A DNA stretch of 63,779 nt, the filler included, from Octopus bimaculoides (lineage: Eukaryota): NCBI RefSeq assembly GCF_001194135.2. It is 6 parts of 6 records of this genome, joined end to end, with 100 filler letters (N's around TTAATTAATTAA, not from the genome) between each part and the next. Parts side by side here need not be neighbours in the genome. Positions count along the whole stretch, not along the records: positions 1 to 10,581 come from NC_069004.1; positions 10,682 to 32,556 come from NC_068994.1; 4 more parts are not named here. One strand, 5' to 3'. The position numbers and the translations under genes are program-made. The notes beneath the pieces were generated by a model that was given only the letters and a program-made list of their open reading frames with translations, did no database searches and was not told the origin of the DNA. This document shows positions 1-13,490 of the stretch, one piece after another (the first letter of the stretch is position 1; every line of letters begins with the position of its first letter).

Positions 1-51
<51 letters not shown>

Positions 52-855
52 GGAAGAGAGGGAGCGTGCGCATGAGAGAAAATGAGACAGGAAGAGAAGG
101 AGGTAGGAGACCCCTGTGGATGTGAACCCTCTGGATGGCTGCGTTCCGTGTTTTTGTCCGCTGGGAAAGTATGAGGCAACCGTACGGTGCCAATGGCAAT
201 TTCAGGACTGCCCGATCGGAACCACTGTGTACAGTTGCACGATATCTTGGCATCAAGTCCCTTCTGTGACTCCATCGGCATCGTCATTGGAGTAATAAAG
301 GCCGTTCTATTTTGTATGGCCTGTTTCCGTCCTCCAAATTCTCTCCCTAGGCATCAGTTTGCTCCGGGGTTAGAGTAGAAGACGCTTATCCATGGAACAG
401 CGAGATGGGAGTGTAGCCTGAACTACCACGTTGTAAGCCGAGGTTCCTAAACACACAACCATCCGTATATACCTTACAGCGGATGATGTACTGTAATAAT
501 AATGATAAAAAGCTCTTAATATCAGCGAGATGCTCATGGTCGGAACGTCTTTTATTTATTGGTCTGTTCAGTTAGGAATGACTGTTGAACAACAAAATCT
601 ACGACGATAGCATTGAACTAGCATGGCGTCCTCAACGACGCGGTCGATGACGATGACGTCAAAGTAATAGCATCTACGTCATGTCCGGTTATGATAACAC
701 GATTTGTTTGTCTATTGTTCTCTATTGAATACGTACATACATATATACCCACACACGTAGATGGCTGCGTGTATATGTGTATACACACACACACACACAT
801 ACACATATATACACTCATATATATGTGTGTGTGTGTACATATATACTCATATATG

Positions 856-887
<32 letters not shown>

Positions 888-923
888 TACAGATACAGTA
901 TATATTTATTCTTATATAGATAA

Positions 924-954
<31 letters not shown>

Positions 955-1094
955 AGTGTATTTTGTGCGTGCGTGTATATATATATTTGTGCGTGTGAGT
1001 ATTTGTGTATGTATACATTTATCGGTATACAGAAAGACACAAATATAAATAGCTAATAATATCTGTCTACACACATACACACACACGCACGAGG

Positions 1095-3134
1095 ATGGCA
1101 ATTGGAAATAAGATACAAAATGTCCGCATAAATATGTTGTTGTTTCTCGGTCTTTGGATTCTAAATGCTGTTCTTTGTTTATCGACACCCAATTCCAAAA
1201 AATCTATCGAAGGTACACTCGTATCAGATAAAGTAATAATATACCAAGCCTCGCATTCAGTTAGAGAGGACAATTGTCAAGAAAAGATCGATTTTATATT
1301 TTACTTACGCGAAGAAAAAATCGAACTGAGATTAACTTTAAACAAAGATGATAAAAGTAGCCCTATATTTTATATAAATGATGAGAACGAGGAAGAAGAA
1401 TATCGAACTAAACAATTTGGATCAAAGGAAGATCGTACAGCTGTCTTCAAAGGAGTTGGCAGTTCTTTTCTGGTGCAATGTGATGAAAGAGGCAGTAAAT
1501 ATGATACATGTGTGTGTAAAATGAGTGGTACGATTTTTCACAAGAATATCGTGTATGGCATTCTGCCTAACTTTATATTTGATAAAATATATTCTAAACG
1601 GGAAGGAAATCATCAGATACATGGATATTTCCACCTGGTATATGATCTTTCACTCAGTAGTAATGAAGGCAGTTTCACATTTTTCAATCTGCCGAGATTT
1701 AACGAGAACGTATCTACATTAAATAAGACCTTAATACATCGATCTAAGAGAGGTCTCCTGTACTATATTATAGAAATTGGTATTGTTATAGACAATAGTA
1801 TATATGAGTTCTTTGCTAATCAAATGTCTAAACGATTTCAAAAGGAAAATGTTTTCCTTACCTATTACCTCACGCAATATTATTTTTATACCTTAGACCT
1901 CATTGATTACGTATTTCAATCTCTTTCCACAACTAAGTATGGTGTTGCAGTAACGTGTTCAGGAATTTATCTCTTGAATATTCATAAACCGTCACCGTGG
2001 GCAAATGATAGCATGGAAGCCGAACAGTCACTGACGTTGTTCAGGAATTGGTTAAACAACAAAACGGATACAAATTTGGTAACGTACGACCATGTTCTCT
2101 TTTTCACAAAACATGCAATTGCTTTTCCGAATGATAACGAAAAGGCTTTCACTTGGGCACGAGGAATATGTTCGAACATGAGCACCAGTGTTCTTTTTGA
2201 AAGGTTTTCTATAATAACCGGTGTAATAGCTTCTAAAATGATAGCTCAAAATATAGGTTTAACCGAAAACAAATGCGAATCTCGCGTGCAATATGTTATG
2301 TCTAGTGAATTAAATTTTGATAATTTGCAGTCACCAAAAATTAATATTTTTGAATTTTCTAATTGTACAACAGCGCAATTTGAAATGCTGATACACAAAC
2401 ATAGATATTTAAGGTTCTGTTTCAGTAAAGAGGCTACATCAATCGACAACAGTATAACCCTATTTCGTCTCAGCGACAAATTTAAACCTGGTCTAGAATA
2501 CTCTCCTAATGAGCAGTGTAGACACCGTTTTGGATTGTCGTCTAGTGCTGACGGATGCCAAAAAGAAAATTTCGTTCAAAGAAATACGCTTTGTAGACGA
2601 CTTTTGTGCTTATATAATTCAACATGCGTAGGGATTTACCCTCTCGAGGGTACATCGTGTGGTACGAAAATGTGGTGCTACATGTCTCAATGTGTATACA
2701 ATCTTAAAGCTCCACATCTTCTCAGAAATTGTTGGCTCGGAGATAAAGTGCAGGGGATATTACCTGGTACATATAACATGACATGCAAGGATATACCCGA
2801 CGGGTACGACTATTTCTGCTACGACCCTAAGGTCAAGGAAATATGCTGCTGGACATGTTTCTCCTTGAAATCCAAAATTGTACGATGTGAATACGGAGAC
2901 CGAGGAGACGATTGCTGGAGGAAGGAATGTCCATTTTACAACCGCACTTATCAGACACACGACTGTTGCCACACATGTGGACATCTTTCACTTGGCGCCA
3001 GCTCCTCTGTCATACGACCTAACAGCAGGCATCGCATCATCAAACTCGCAGCTATAGCAATGTCTGTCATCTTTACTATTAAAATCGCTATCTTTTATTT
3101 CTTCTTTGATTCAGTTATTGGAAAGCCACCTTAA
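1095..3134 (+). CDS. Single-exon ADAM/ADAMTS-like (reprolysin, M12B) protein, predicted catalytically inactive, with C-terminal hydrophobic anchor
   Basis: Uninterrupted 679-aa ORF. N-terminal hydrophobic signal (LLFLGLWILNAVLCLS), prodomain, furin site RSKR (1740-1751), then IEIGIVID and YDHVLFFT...A..GIC reprolysin features. Met-turn YVMS. ADAMTS-type Cys-rich domain (EQCRHRFG...CRRLLC...GTSCGTKMWCYMSQC), two C..GD...CC.TC repeats, hydrophobic C-terminal segment. HExxHxxGxxH is replaced by KMIAQNIGLTE. Confidence 0.88.
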   Translation: MAIGNKIQNVRINMLLFLGLWILNAVLCLSTPNSKKSIEGTLVSDKVIIYQASHSVREDNCQEKIDFIFYLREEKIELRLTLNKDDKSSPIFYINDENEEEEYRTKQFGSKEDRTAVFKGVGSSFLVQCDERGSKYDTCVCKMSGTIFHKNIVYGILPNFIFDKIYSKREGNHQIHGYFHLVYDLSLSSNEGSFTFFNLPRFNENVSTLNKTLIHRSKRGLLYYIIEIGIVIDNSIYEFFANQMSKRFQKENVFLTYYLTQYYFYTLDLIDYVFQSLSTTKYGVAVTCSGIYLLNIHKPSPWANDSMEAEQSLTLFRNWLNNKTDTNLVTYDHVLFFTKHAIAFPNDNEKAFTWARGICSNMSTSVLFERFSIITGVIASKMIAQNIGLTENKCESRVQYVMSSELNFDNLQSPKINIFEFSNCTTAQFEMLIHKHRYLRFCFSKEATSIDNSITLFRLSDKFKPGLEYSPNEQCRHRFGLSSSADGCQKENFVQRNTLCRRLLCLYNSTCVGIYPLEGTSCGTKMWCYMSQCVYNLKAPHLLRNCWLGDKVQGILPGTYNMTCKDIPDGYDYFCYDPKVKEICCWTCFSLKSKIVRCEYGDRGDDCWRKECPFYNRTYQTHDCCHTCGHLSLGASSSVIRPNSRHRIIKLAAIAMSVIFTIKIAIFYFFFDSVIGKPP

Positions 3135-3262
3135 CTGGGATACACCTTGGAGTGTTTAGTCGAACGAATCAACAACAATGTATATTTAAAAAATAACAAC
3201 AGCAGCAACACCAACAACGTCGACAATGACGACAGTTTAATCGATTCAGAGAGTATTATATA

Positions 3263-4180
3263 CGAGTGAAAGTCAAATTATCCGCACTTTCGCCATAACA
3301 TATCTATTGTTTTTTTCTTTTTTTTTTTTGCATATAAGTTTGCATTTAAAAAATTTTTTTTTTTTGCACATTTCAAGATTGCATTTTGTTTTTTCTTTTT
3401 TTTTTTTGCATATTTCAAGTTTGCATTTTTTTTTGCACATTTCAAGTTTGCATTTTGTTCATTTTTTCTTTTTTTTTTGCATATTTCAAGTTTGCATTTT
3501 TTTTTTCTTTTTTTTTTTTGCACATTTCAAGTTTGCATTTTTTTCTTTTTTTTTTGCATATTTCAAGTTAACGTATCTATTGTTGCCACACGGCCTTCTG
3601 CACATGCGTGCTTATATTTGGTACTACTGTGGTCACGTGATCAAAGTTAAAACTTGATTGCTTCATTTTTCTTTCTGGCTTTACAGTGTAAGTAAGCATG
3701 GCGACTCCCACTAGCAATGTGCTTCAAAGAACAAAGAGCAGTGACCCGAGAGATGGTAATGGTGAACCGGTTCACTGTTACCATCTCTCGAGTTTGCTGA
3801 ATCTTCTTGTCAGTAGTGGAGGTTGACAGGCGTCCTGCCCCCTCTTCATGCGTCACACTTGTCCCGCCACTTTTAACTTCTCGATCCCTTCATGCACACT
3901 TCTACGCGGTAGTGCACTGTCCCCATATTGTGTTAAAAGCCTCCGATGAATTTCAGCACCTGACACACCTTCCGACCAGAAAAACTGGATCACTGCTTTT
4001 AGTTCTTCTTTGGTTGCACATTGCTAGTGAAGCTGTCATGCTTACTCTAAAAAAGCCAGAAAAAAGAAAAAAAAATGGTACGATCAGGATCAAACTTCGA
4101 TCACGTGACCACAATAGTAACCATGCACAGAAAGCAGTGTGGAAATAATAAAGATATGGTATGGTGAAAGTGCGGATAAT
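3263..4180. mobile_element. Mariner-derived foldback element made of two fused 5' ends
   Basis: Starts TA|CGAGTGAAAGTCAAATTATCCGCAC. The two arms are ~200-bp imperfect inverted copies. The minus strand encodes a frameshifted mariner N-terminus (ATKEELKAVIQFFWSEGVSGAEIHRRLLTQYGDSALPRRSVHEGIEKLK...THEEGAGRLSTSTTD). Right end is cut by the gap. Confidence 0.75.
3312..3568. repeat. T-rich minisatellite (Tn-GCATATTTCAAGTTTGCA-Tn), inserted with a 16-bp direct repeat
   Basis: About 7-8 units. Flanked by taacatatctattgtt (3296-3311) and taacgtatctattgtt (3569-3584). Confidence 0.8.
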
Positions 4181-4898
4181 NNNNNNNNNNNNNNNNNNNN
4201 NNNNNNNNNNNNNNNNNNNNNNNNNNNNNNNNNNNNNNNNNNNNNNNNNNNNNNNNNNNNNNNNNNNNNNNNNNNNNNNNNNNNNNNNNNNNNNNNNNNN
4301 NNNNNNNNNNNNNNNNNNNNNNNNNNNNNNNNNNNNNNNNNNNNNNNNNNNNNNNNNNNNNNNNNNNNNNNNNNNNNNNNNNNNNNNNNNNNNNNNNNNN
4401 NNNNNNNNNNNNNNNNNNNNNNNNNNNNNNNNNNNNNNNNNNNNNNNNNNNNNNNNNNNNNNNNNNNNNNNNNNNNNNNNNNNNNNNNNNNNNNNNNNNN
4501 NNNNNNNNNNNNNNNNNNNNNNNNNNNNNNNNNNNNNNNNNNNNNNNNNNNNNNNNNNNNNNNNNNNNNNNNNNNNNNNNNNNNNNNNNNNNNNNNNNNN
4601 NNNNNNNNNNNNNNNNNNNNNNNNNNNNNNNNNNNNNNNNNNNNNNNNNNNNNNNNNNNNNNNNNNNNNNNNNNNNNNNNNNNNNNNNNNNNNNNNNNNN
4701 NNNNNNNNNNNNNNNNNNNNNNNNNNNNNNNNNNNNNNNNNNNNNNNNNNNNNNNNNNNNNNNNNNNNNNNNNNNNNNNNNNNNNNNNNNNNNNNNNNNN
4801 NNNNNNNNNNNNNNNNNNNNNNNNNNNNNNNNNNNNNNNNNNNNNNNNNNNNNNNNNNNNNNNNNNNNNNNNNNNNNNNNNNNNNNNNNNNNNNNNNN

Positions 4899-4958
<60 letters not shown>

Positions 4959-5379
4959 TGTGCACAAACATACACGCATATATATCACTCTACATGACCC
5001 ATATACATAATTTGTCTGTACGCATACACTTCTAAAACTGTGTTTAAGCAATCTTAATGCATGCAATTACATTCACAAATACACACACAAACACAAACAC
5101 ACACACACGCACGCATACACACACAACAACAACAAAAGCAAGAGGAACAATAACGAACATACACACACACACAACACACAACAACAACGAAAACAACAAC
5201 GACGAGAATAATAGCAGCAACAACAACAACGACACATGAATTCACACCAAAAAAAAATTATATATATATATATAAAATAAAAAGGACAAAACAAAGCAAA
5301 ATGCTTGAAAAAAAAGGCATCCTTCTTCCATGTTGAAAATTAATTTATTTAAATATTTAATTATTAATTTAGTAGTGAT

Positions 5380-7560
<2,181 letters not shown>

Positions 7561-8125
7561 AATAATGATGTGTGTGATAAAAGCATCGGATGTTATGATA
7601 AATGAGACATATTGAAGATGAAGAATAAAGTCTACTACAATATAGAAAACCCTAAATATGTTATAAATAGCAAGTGTTATACGATACACTGTCGAGAAAT
7701 ATGAGATAAAAAGCGGAGATATCTTTCAGAAAGATGCAGGATAATCCATAAAGAAGTTTCGATGGATGGTGTAGGTTGAATGTTATTATTAAGGAGATAA
7801 ATTAAAGAGAAAGCTTATATAGTAGAGATATAAATGAAAGAATCTGATAATGGTAGAGAGAAGGAGAGGAAGAATATTGGAGCTAAGTGAGATCTAGAAT
7901 GAATTTGAAGAGTATGCGTAAAAATCAACATGGCTTAGAGAGTTTGCTTTGCATCCGTGTCGTTCAGGCGTGACCCGATTTCGCTGCCTAATAGGACAAG
8001 GGAGTTCTGAAACAGACTTGGGTTGTTTAATGCTTTGGTGTGTAGGCTATAGAGAACCACATAGTAAGTTTGTGTGTGCTAGTGTGTGTATGTATGCTCA
8101 CAGAATGTGGTGCCATTGATCCTGA

Positions 8126-8163
<38 letters not shown>

Positions 8164-8600
8164 CCTCTCTCTCCTTCTCCCTCCATTTTTGTTACATCAT
8201 TCATTTCTGTAGAAGAGCATGGGCTCGAAACGTCAATGCCTTTTCCATTTTCCCCGAGCGTCAAACTAATAAACCTTCCATTGGAAGTTATAAAAGCCTG
8301 GATTTTTTTCCGACTTTAGTTAGAGGATAGCGTGCCTTGTAGAAGCTATGTCACTCAATGTCAGATACACTTCTTGTATTTTAACGCTCTTGCCATAACG
8401 ATACAATACGTTACTTGCCATAATGATACAAGACGTTATGACCTTAAATCACCCTTACTAGAGACTCCCTCAATGACGATCACAGTTTTGGGGGAACTTT
8501 GATTTTTATGATATCCATGCCACATCCTACGACTTTCGGAGTTTTCACAGAGAACTGCGCAGCGGGGGTTATGATATATTTCCCAATATTCAGATGGCTT

Positions 8601-8695
8601 TCAATTCTTCATGTCAGCTAGCATTTTCTCAATAACACCTTCGATGTTTAAGCTCTTCCTTTCCGTTGACAGCTCACAAATATAACAAGCCGTTC
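8601..8695 (-). CDS. Candidate orphan terminal coding exon
   Basis: Strong minus-strand acceptor ttttatgtctttctttttcag. Phase-1 reading gives (G)TACYICELSTERKSLNIEGVIEKMLADMKN-stop. No upstream exon or homology identified. Confidence 0.35.
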
Positions 8696-8752
8696 CTGAA
8701 AAAGAAAGACATAAAAGTTCGACAAATTTAGCCAGAAAACCCTGTACACACA

Positions 8753-8837
<85 letters not shown>

Positions 8838-10084
8838 ACACACATGTGATATGTATGTATGTATGTCATTATTCAGTTTTACTTCAAGAATTCTTCCCAA
8901 TAGCGAAAGAGCCGGTTTCTAACCTAGATCCAAGGCTCCCCCACTGGAATTTCAACATCAACAACAGGGTATTTATTTATGTATATATATGTGCAGATTC
9001 GTATGTTTTGTTTCATGTATGTATAATCATGTATGTATGTATGCATGTATGTATGTATAATTCGGTTTTACTTGGATTTTAAGTAACACGTGACAACTTA
9101 TTCAACACGAATTGGATAATAAATGATTAACCCTCTTTTTAATATTGGGCCTAATTCTTTAAATAAATGCTTCATGCATATTTTAAAATTTTCTTTAAAA
9201 TATTAAGAGACCCCCGCCTCTCTCTCTCTCTCCCTCTCTCTCTCTATATATATTTGGAACAATAGTTNNNNNNNNNNNNNNNNNNNNNNNNNNNNNNNNN
9301 NNNNNNNNNNNNNNNNNNNNNNNNNNNNNNNNNNNNNNNNNNNNNNNNNNNNNNCCTCTCTCTCTCTCTCCCTCTCTCTCTCTCTCCCTCTCTCTCTCTA
9401 TATATATTTGGAACAATAGTTAATTAGGAGCAATAGAACTTCTAATTTCATATTCAAATATATTCAATTCCGGAAAATATAGCTGTCAAGGCCTTCAAAC
9501 GTCGAATATGAATTTCGCAACTCTATTCTTCTAAATCACATGAATTTCGACAACGTAAAGAAAAGAATAAAACTAATGAAAACATACGTACAATCAAAAA
9601 TGAAAAAAAGAAAGATACAATTTGAACATAGTCGCGTATTTAATGAAAAACGTACAGACTAAAATATATTCCAATTTATACGAATGTATACTCATACGTA
9701 CACATCCACATGCGGACACACACATATATATAGACAAGTGTATACCGGTATATATATATATATATATATTATATGCTATGTGAATGTTTTTGTGTATATG
9801 TATATCTGTGTGTGTATGTGTACGTGTATGTGGATTGTGCAGTAGTAGTAATAATATCAGGTAGCTTTAAAAGTATACACTGCACATAGGAGTGCAATGC
9901 GCTTTTCAACTTGTTCTGTCTTCTTTTGTTATCAAAACAAAAGAGTAAAAATAATCAAGACTTGCTATTTAATTCTAGGAAACCGTGCGACTTTAACAGC
10001 CCATTCTTACTGTCTGTGCGTTTTCCTATCTCTGTTTGTGTCTATCTAACTCGTGCATAATGAAACAATTGAGCTAAAGTCTAA

Positions 10085-10535
10085 CAAAAATGGCCGACAT
10101 TGTCCCAACACTTATCGGCACAATATATGCATCACACTATTTAATACTATGTCGTCTATTTAGACCTAAAAACACAAACAGAAATGTAAGATGTAAAACT
10201 TTTATAAACTGACCATAGATTTCCATTTTTTTTTTCTGGTTCCTTTTTACCTTCACCAATCAGTCTCAACATTTTCAATCAATTTTCGTTTCGTTTTTCT
10301 TTTTGTATAAGCCGAACTTTCCTTAACTGTTTTCAAAAGTGAACGATCAGTAATTCTTTTACATTTTCCAATAAGCGCTTAGTTATGAACTGTTCTTTAA
10401 CGTATCATCCGTGATCATTCTCTTCTGCTTCCGTGAACATTTCACAGTGAATTAGTTTTTCCACCTTTCCCAGCTGCTATTGCAAATACAAAGCGAAATC
10501 AATGCTGCTTTTCACATGGAATGAACTATGTAAGT
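10085..10535 (+). promoter_or_regulatory. Candidate gene 5' region or first exon
   Basis: YY1-like AAAATGGCCG at ~10087 and a consensus donor gtaagt at 10530; cut off by the pad at 10582. Confidence 0.25.
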
Positions 10536-10548
10536 ATATGCATGTATG

Positions 10549-10581
<33 letters not shown>

Positions 10582-10681
10582 NNNNNNNNNNNNNNNNNNN
10601 NNNNNNNNNNNNNNNNNNNNNNNNNTTAATTAATTAANNNNNNNNNNNNNNNNNNNNNNNNNNNNNNNNNNNNNNNNNNNN
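10582..10681. other. Artificial scaffolding pad N44-TTAATTAATTAA-N44
   Basis: The same 100-bp layout recurs at 32557-32656, ~50636-50735, ~60200-60299 and ~62373-62472. Confidence 0.95.
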
Positions 10682-11810
10682 GGCACATAAAAGACACCGT
10701 TTCGTGCGTGGCCGTTTTCGTGTGGGTGACACGTAAAAGCACCCACTACACTCTCTGAGTTGTTGGCGTTAGGAAGGGCATCCAGCTGTAGAAACTCTGC
10801 CAAATTAGATTGGAGCCTGGTGTTGCCATCCGGTTTCACCAGTCCTCAGTCAAATCGTCCAACCCATGCTAGCATGGAAAGCGGACGTTAAACGATGATG
10901 ATGATGATGACATTATATGTATATTTTTTTAATATCATAGTGCATATATATGTGTGTGTGTGTGTGATTAATGCCCTAAAGAGAATACTATAGAATATAA
11001 GCATGCGCCCCCGTGCAATAACTAAAAACAGTAAAAAAATTCAGAATGGTGTTCAACATTCAAGTAATTGGGTGCAGTGTAGAGTGTTGGCTGAAACTTT
11101 AAATAAACAGTTCACAGCTTTATTTGAATAATGAAAAACGTGTTATAGCTGATTGTTTATTTAAGCAAATGGAAAAATTGCTATCATTTTGGCTAACCCT
11201 CTTTCTGAGTGTGTGTGTGTATGCGTGTATTCTTAAGACACTTATTTGTTATATTATTGATAAGAATATCAAGTATTTGGTGTGTACTGATACTATGATA
11301 TTATTGAGTGTGTGTTAAGCAGTAAAATATGTGTTTTTTAAGGTTACATATAGCCTCACAAATACAATTGTATTAAAATGTAACCAATGTGTCCTAAAAT
11401 TTAAATATGGAGTGTCAATATTATATCAAAGTTATTCAGTATTATATGTCAGTATTATATCAAAGTTATTCATTCATATCAATCCTATATTAGTATTGAT
11501 ATTAACATACCATTTTAAGATATGAAACAGAAGCACTAAGTAGTGATGTGTATGAATACAAATTTGTTACCACTACAAATATGCTTGAGACATATTTGAA
11601 TCCATAAGAAAATTTCTACTGTACTTTGTCATGTAGAAAATGTGTTTTTCTCTCAGGCATCTGTCTAAAATATATCCCACCATGTTTTCTTCTTCTTCTT
11701 CTTCTTCTCCTTCTTCTTCTTCTTCTTCTAACTTCTTCTTCTTCTTCTTCTAACTTCTTCTTCTTCTAACTTCTTCTTCTTCTATCTGTATGTTTGTTTG
11801 TCTATGCTAG

Positions 11811-11964
11811 ATGGCTGCAACAGAGGAGAAGAAATGTGATCCATGGACATTTGTGGCCAAACACAAGCTGTCGGTTGAAAAAGAACTGAAATCCATTCCA
11901 GATCTCAATGTTGTGATTGTACGACCCGCTATCGTGTATGGCCCAGGAGATAGACAAGGGTTGA
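11811..11964 (+). CDS. Internal exon of NAD-dependent epimerase/dehydratase-like (extended SDR) gene
   Basis: Acceptor ctag after a (CTT)n pyrimidine tract, donor gtaagt at 11965. Encodes MAATEEKKCDPWTFVAKHKLSVEKELKSIPDLNVVIVRPAIVYGPGDRQGL, containing the SDR motif VxxRPxxVYGPG. Phase 0 to 1. Confidence 0.9.
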
Positions 11965-13020
11965 GTAAGTTAAACAGAGTTTCCCATTCATTTATTTACA
12001 TACTATGTTTGTAGTGTGCAAGAATGGATGATGCAGAAGACAAATCTATCATAGTTTGTCTTATTTATCCATAGAAGCATCACCTACAGAACAAATATTG
12101 GCTCTTTTTGTATTCTTTTGCTTGCTGGGTCTGGAGGAAGGGACAGTGTCTCTGGCTCTTATAACCTCTATCACAGCCACCAATTGACCAGTGAGAATCA
12201 TTTATGTTCCTCTTCAATCTTTGTAAGTCAACACCTGTGGGGAGAGATATGAGCAGAAGTGGGAGGTCCAGGGGTGGTTATTCTGGAAAAGAAGAACTTG
12301 GTTTCTTGATTCGTGTGGAAGCATCTGGAGGGTTGAACCCAAAATGGATGATGAGAGGAAAGGAGATTAGTAAGATAGGGATGCTGCAGTGGTGAGTATA
12401 TGAACCTAGCCAGATTCAAGGAGCAGAGGACATTATAGTAAAAGTAGAGGTAAAGACCCCCTTCAGTCACAAATGATCATAGAATTGCACCTAGAAAGTT
12501 CCCCTTCAAGGCACAAGTCCAGGCAAGGTTATTTTATGGAAGACCAGCAGTCGCCCATGCAACCCAACCTTCCCTCTCCATGCCACCAGTGTTAACCAAA
12601 GGAAAGGCAAAGGCTGATACAGCTTGGTACTAGTGACGTTGCAACTCATCTCTACAGCTGAGATAACTGGAGCAAGGTGAAATAAAGTGTCTTGCTCAAG
12701 AACACGACACGCAACCCGGTCTGGGAATCAAACTCACTACCTCACAATTGTAAGCTCAATACCTTAACCACTGAGCCATGCACCTTCACTTCATTATAGT
12801 AGCAGTAGTAAAACAAGGCAGAACAAGGAGATTGTGCACCTGAGGGCCAAAGGGTACATGTGTACCTGTGAGTGACTTTATGCCAGTCAGTTGGGTGGTC
12901 CTTTTCTTGTACAGTCTAGGATATCTACATATGCACCAGCAGCACCACAATTGTGGGCCTCATCTGAGTTTTTGAAAGTGTCTAGAATATGTCGTGTGAA
13001 TCCTGTTTCTATAGAATATA

Positions 13021-13236
13021 AGGTGGTGCTGAAAAGTTCCTGGTTTTAAGGGTACGCAAAAGGCCTAGCTGGAGGCCCAACTTTCCAAGTTCTTTTACAG
13101 GGCTTAGAAAAACTAAAGGACCACTGCAATAAGTGTGTGAATCTGAGAGGGGAATATGTTCATTATATAGTCATAATTAACTTATCCTCCTGTATTTTCT
13201 TTTACTCAAAATCAGGAACTTTTCAGCATCACCACG
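13021..13236 (+). mobile_element. Mariner-derived MITE
   Basis: TA|AGGTGGTGCTGAAAAGTTCCTGG ... TCAGGAACTTTTCAGCATCACCACG|TA. Interior encodes GLEKLKDHCNKCVNLRGEYV, a mariner C-terminal remnant. A partial copy lies at ~37840-38007. Confidence 0.8.
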
Positions 13237-13239
13237 TAT

Positions 13240-13490
13240 ATACCTTACTGTATTATTTTTTTCAATAGTGATTAGATAAACTATGTATTGTGTTGATACC
13301 TTTCTCAAGAAATGGAGGGCCTCATTCCCTAGTGAAGTCAGTTGCCATGGTTTTCCAGCTAGATCAGTGCAGTGTTTCCTGCAGAAGATTGGTCTGGAGT
13401 CCAGACAACTGAAGAAAACCATCAACGAAATAGGCACAGCTGCTGAAATCAACTCAAGGTAGCTGTGGTTTCTAAGAAACCATGAGTAGA
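13240..13490 (+). mobile_element. 3' remnant of an RLE-type non-LTR retrotransposon (HERO/NeSL-like)
   Basis: Translation KKWRASFPSEVSCHGFPARSVQCFLQKIGL...TAAEINSR*LW resembles the recalled C-terminal pattern W...P.EVGCRGF...AAE.AS.WLW. Confidence 0.5.

Noticed and set aside
618-1188. Overlapping YIYI/HTHT/VCVC ORFs, here and throughout the window
   Set aside because: These are translations of (TA)n, (CA)n and (TATG)n microsatellites with no coding signal.
3277-3287. TTATCCGCA resembling a bacterial DnaA box
   Set aside because: It is part of the mariner terminal repeat.
3747-3790. Hairpin as a pre-miRNA
   Set aside because: It has no loop and is fully explained as the fusion point of two inverted mariner fragments.
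3953-5066. Long ORFs of 200-340 aa spanning N runs (also near 30.7, 36.3, 44.5, 48.2 and 52.7 kb)
   Set aside because: They are open only because N codons are not stops.
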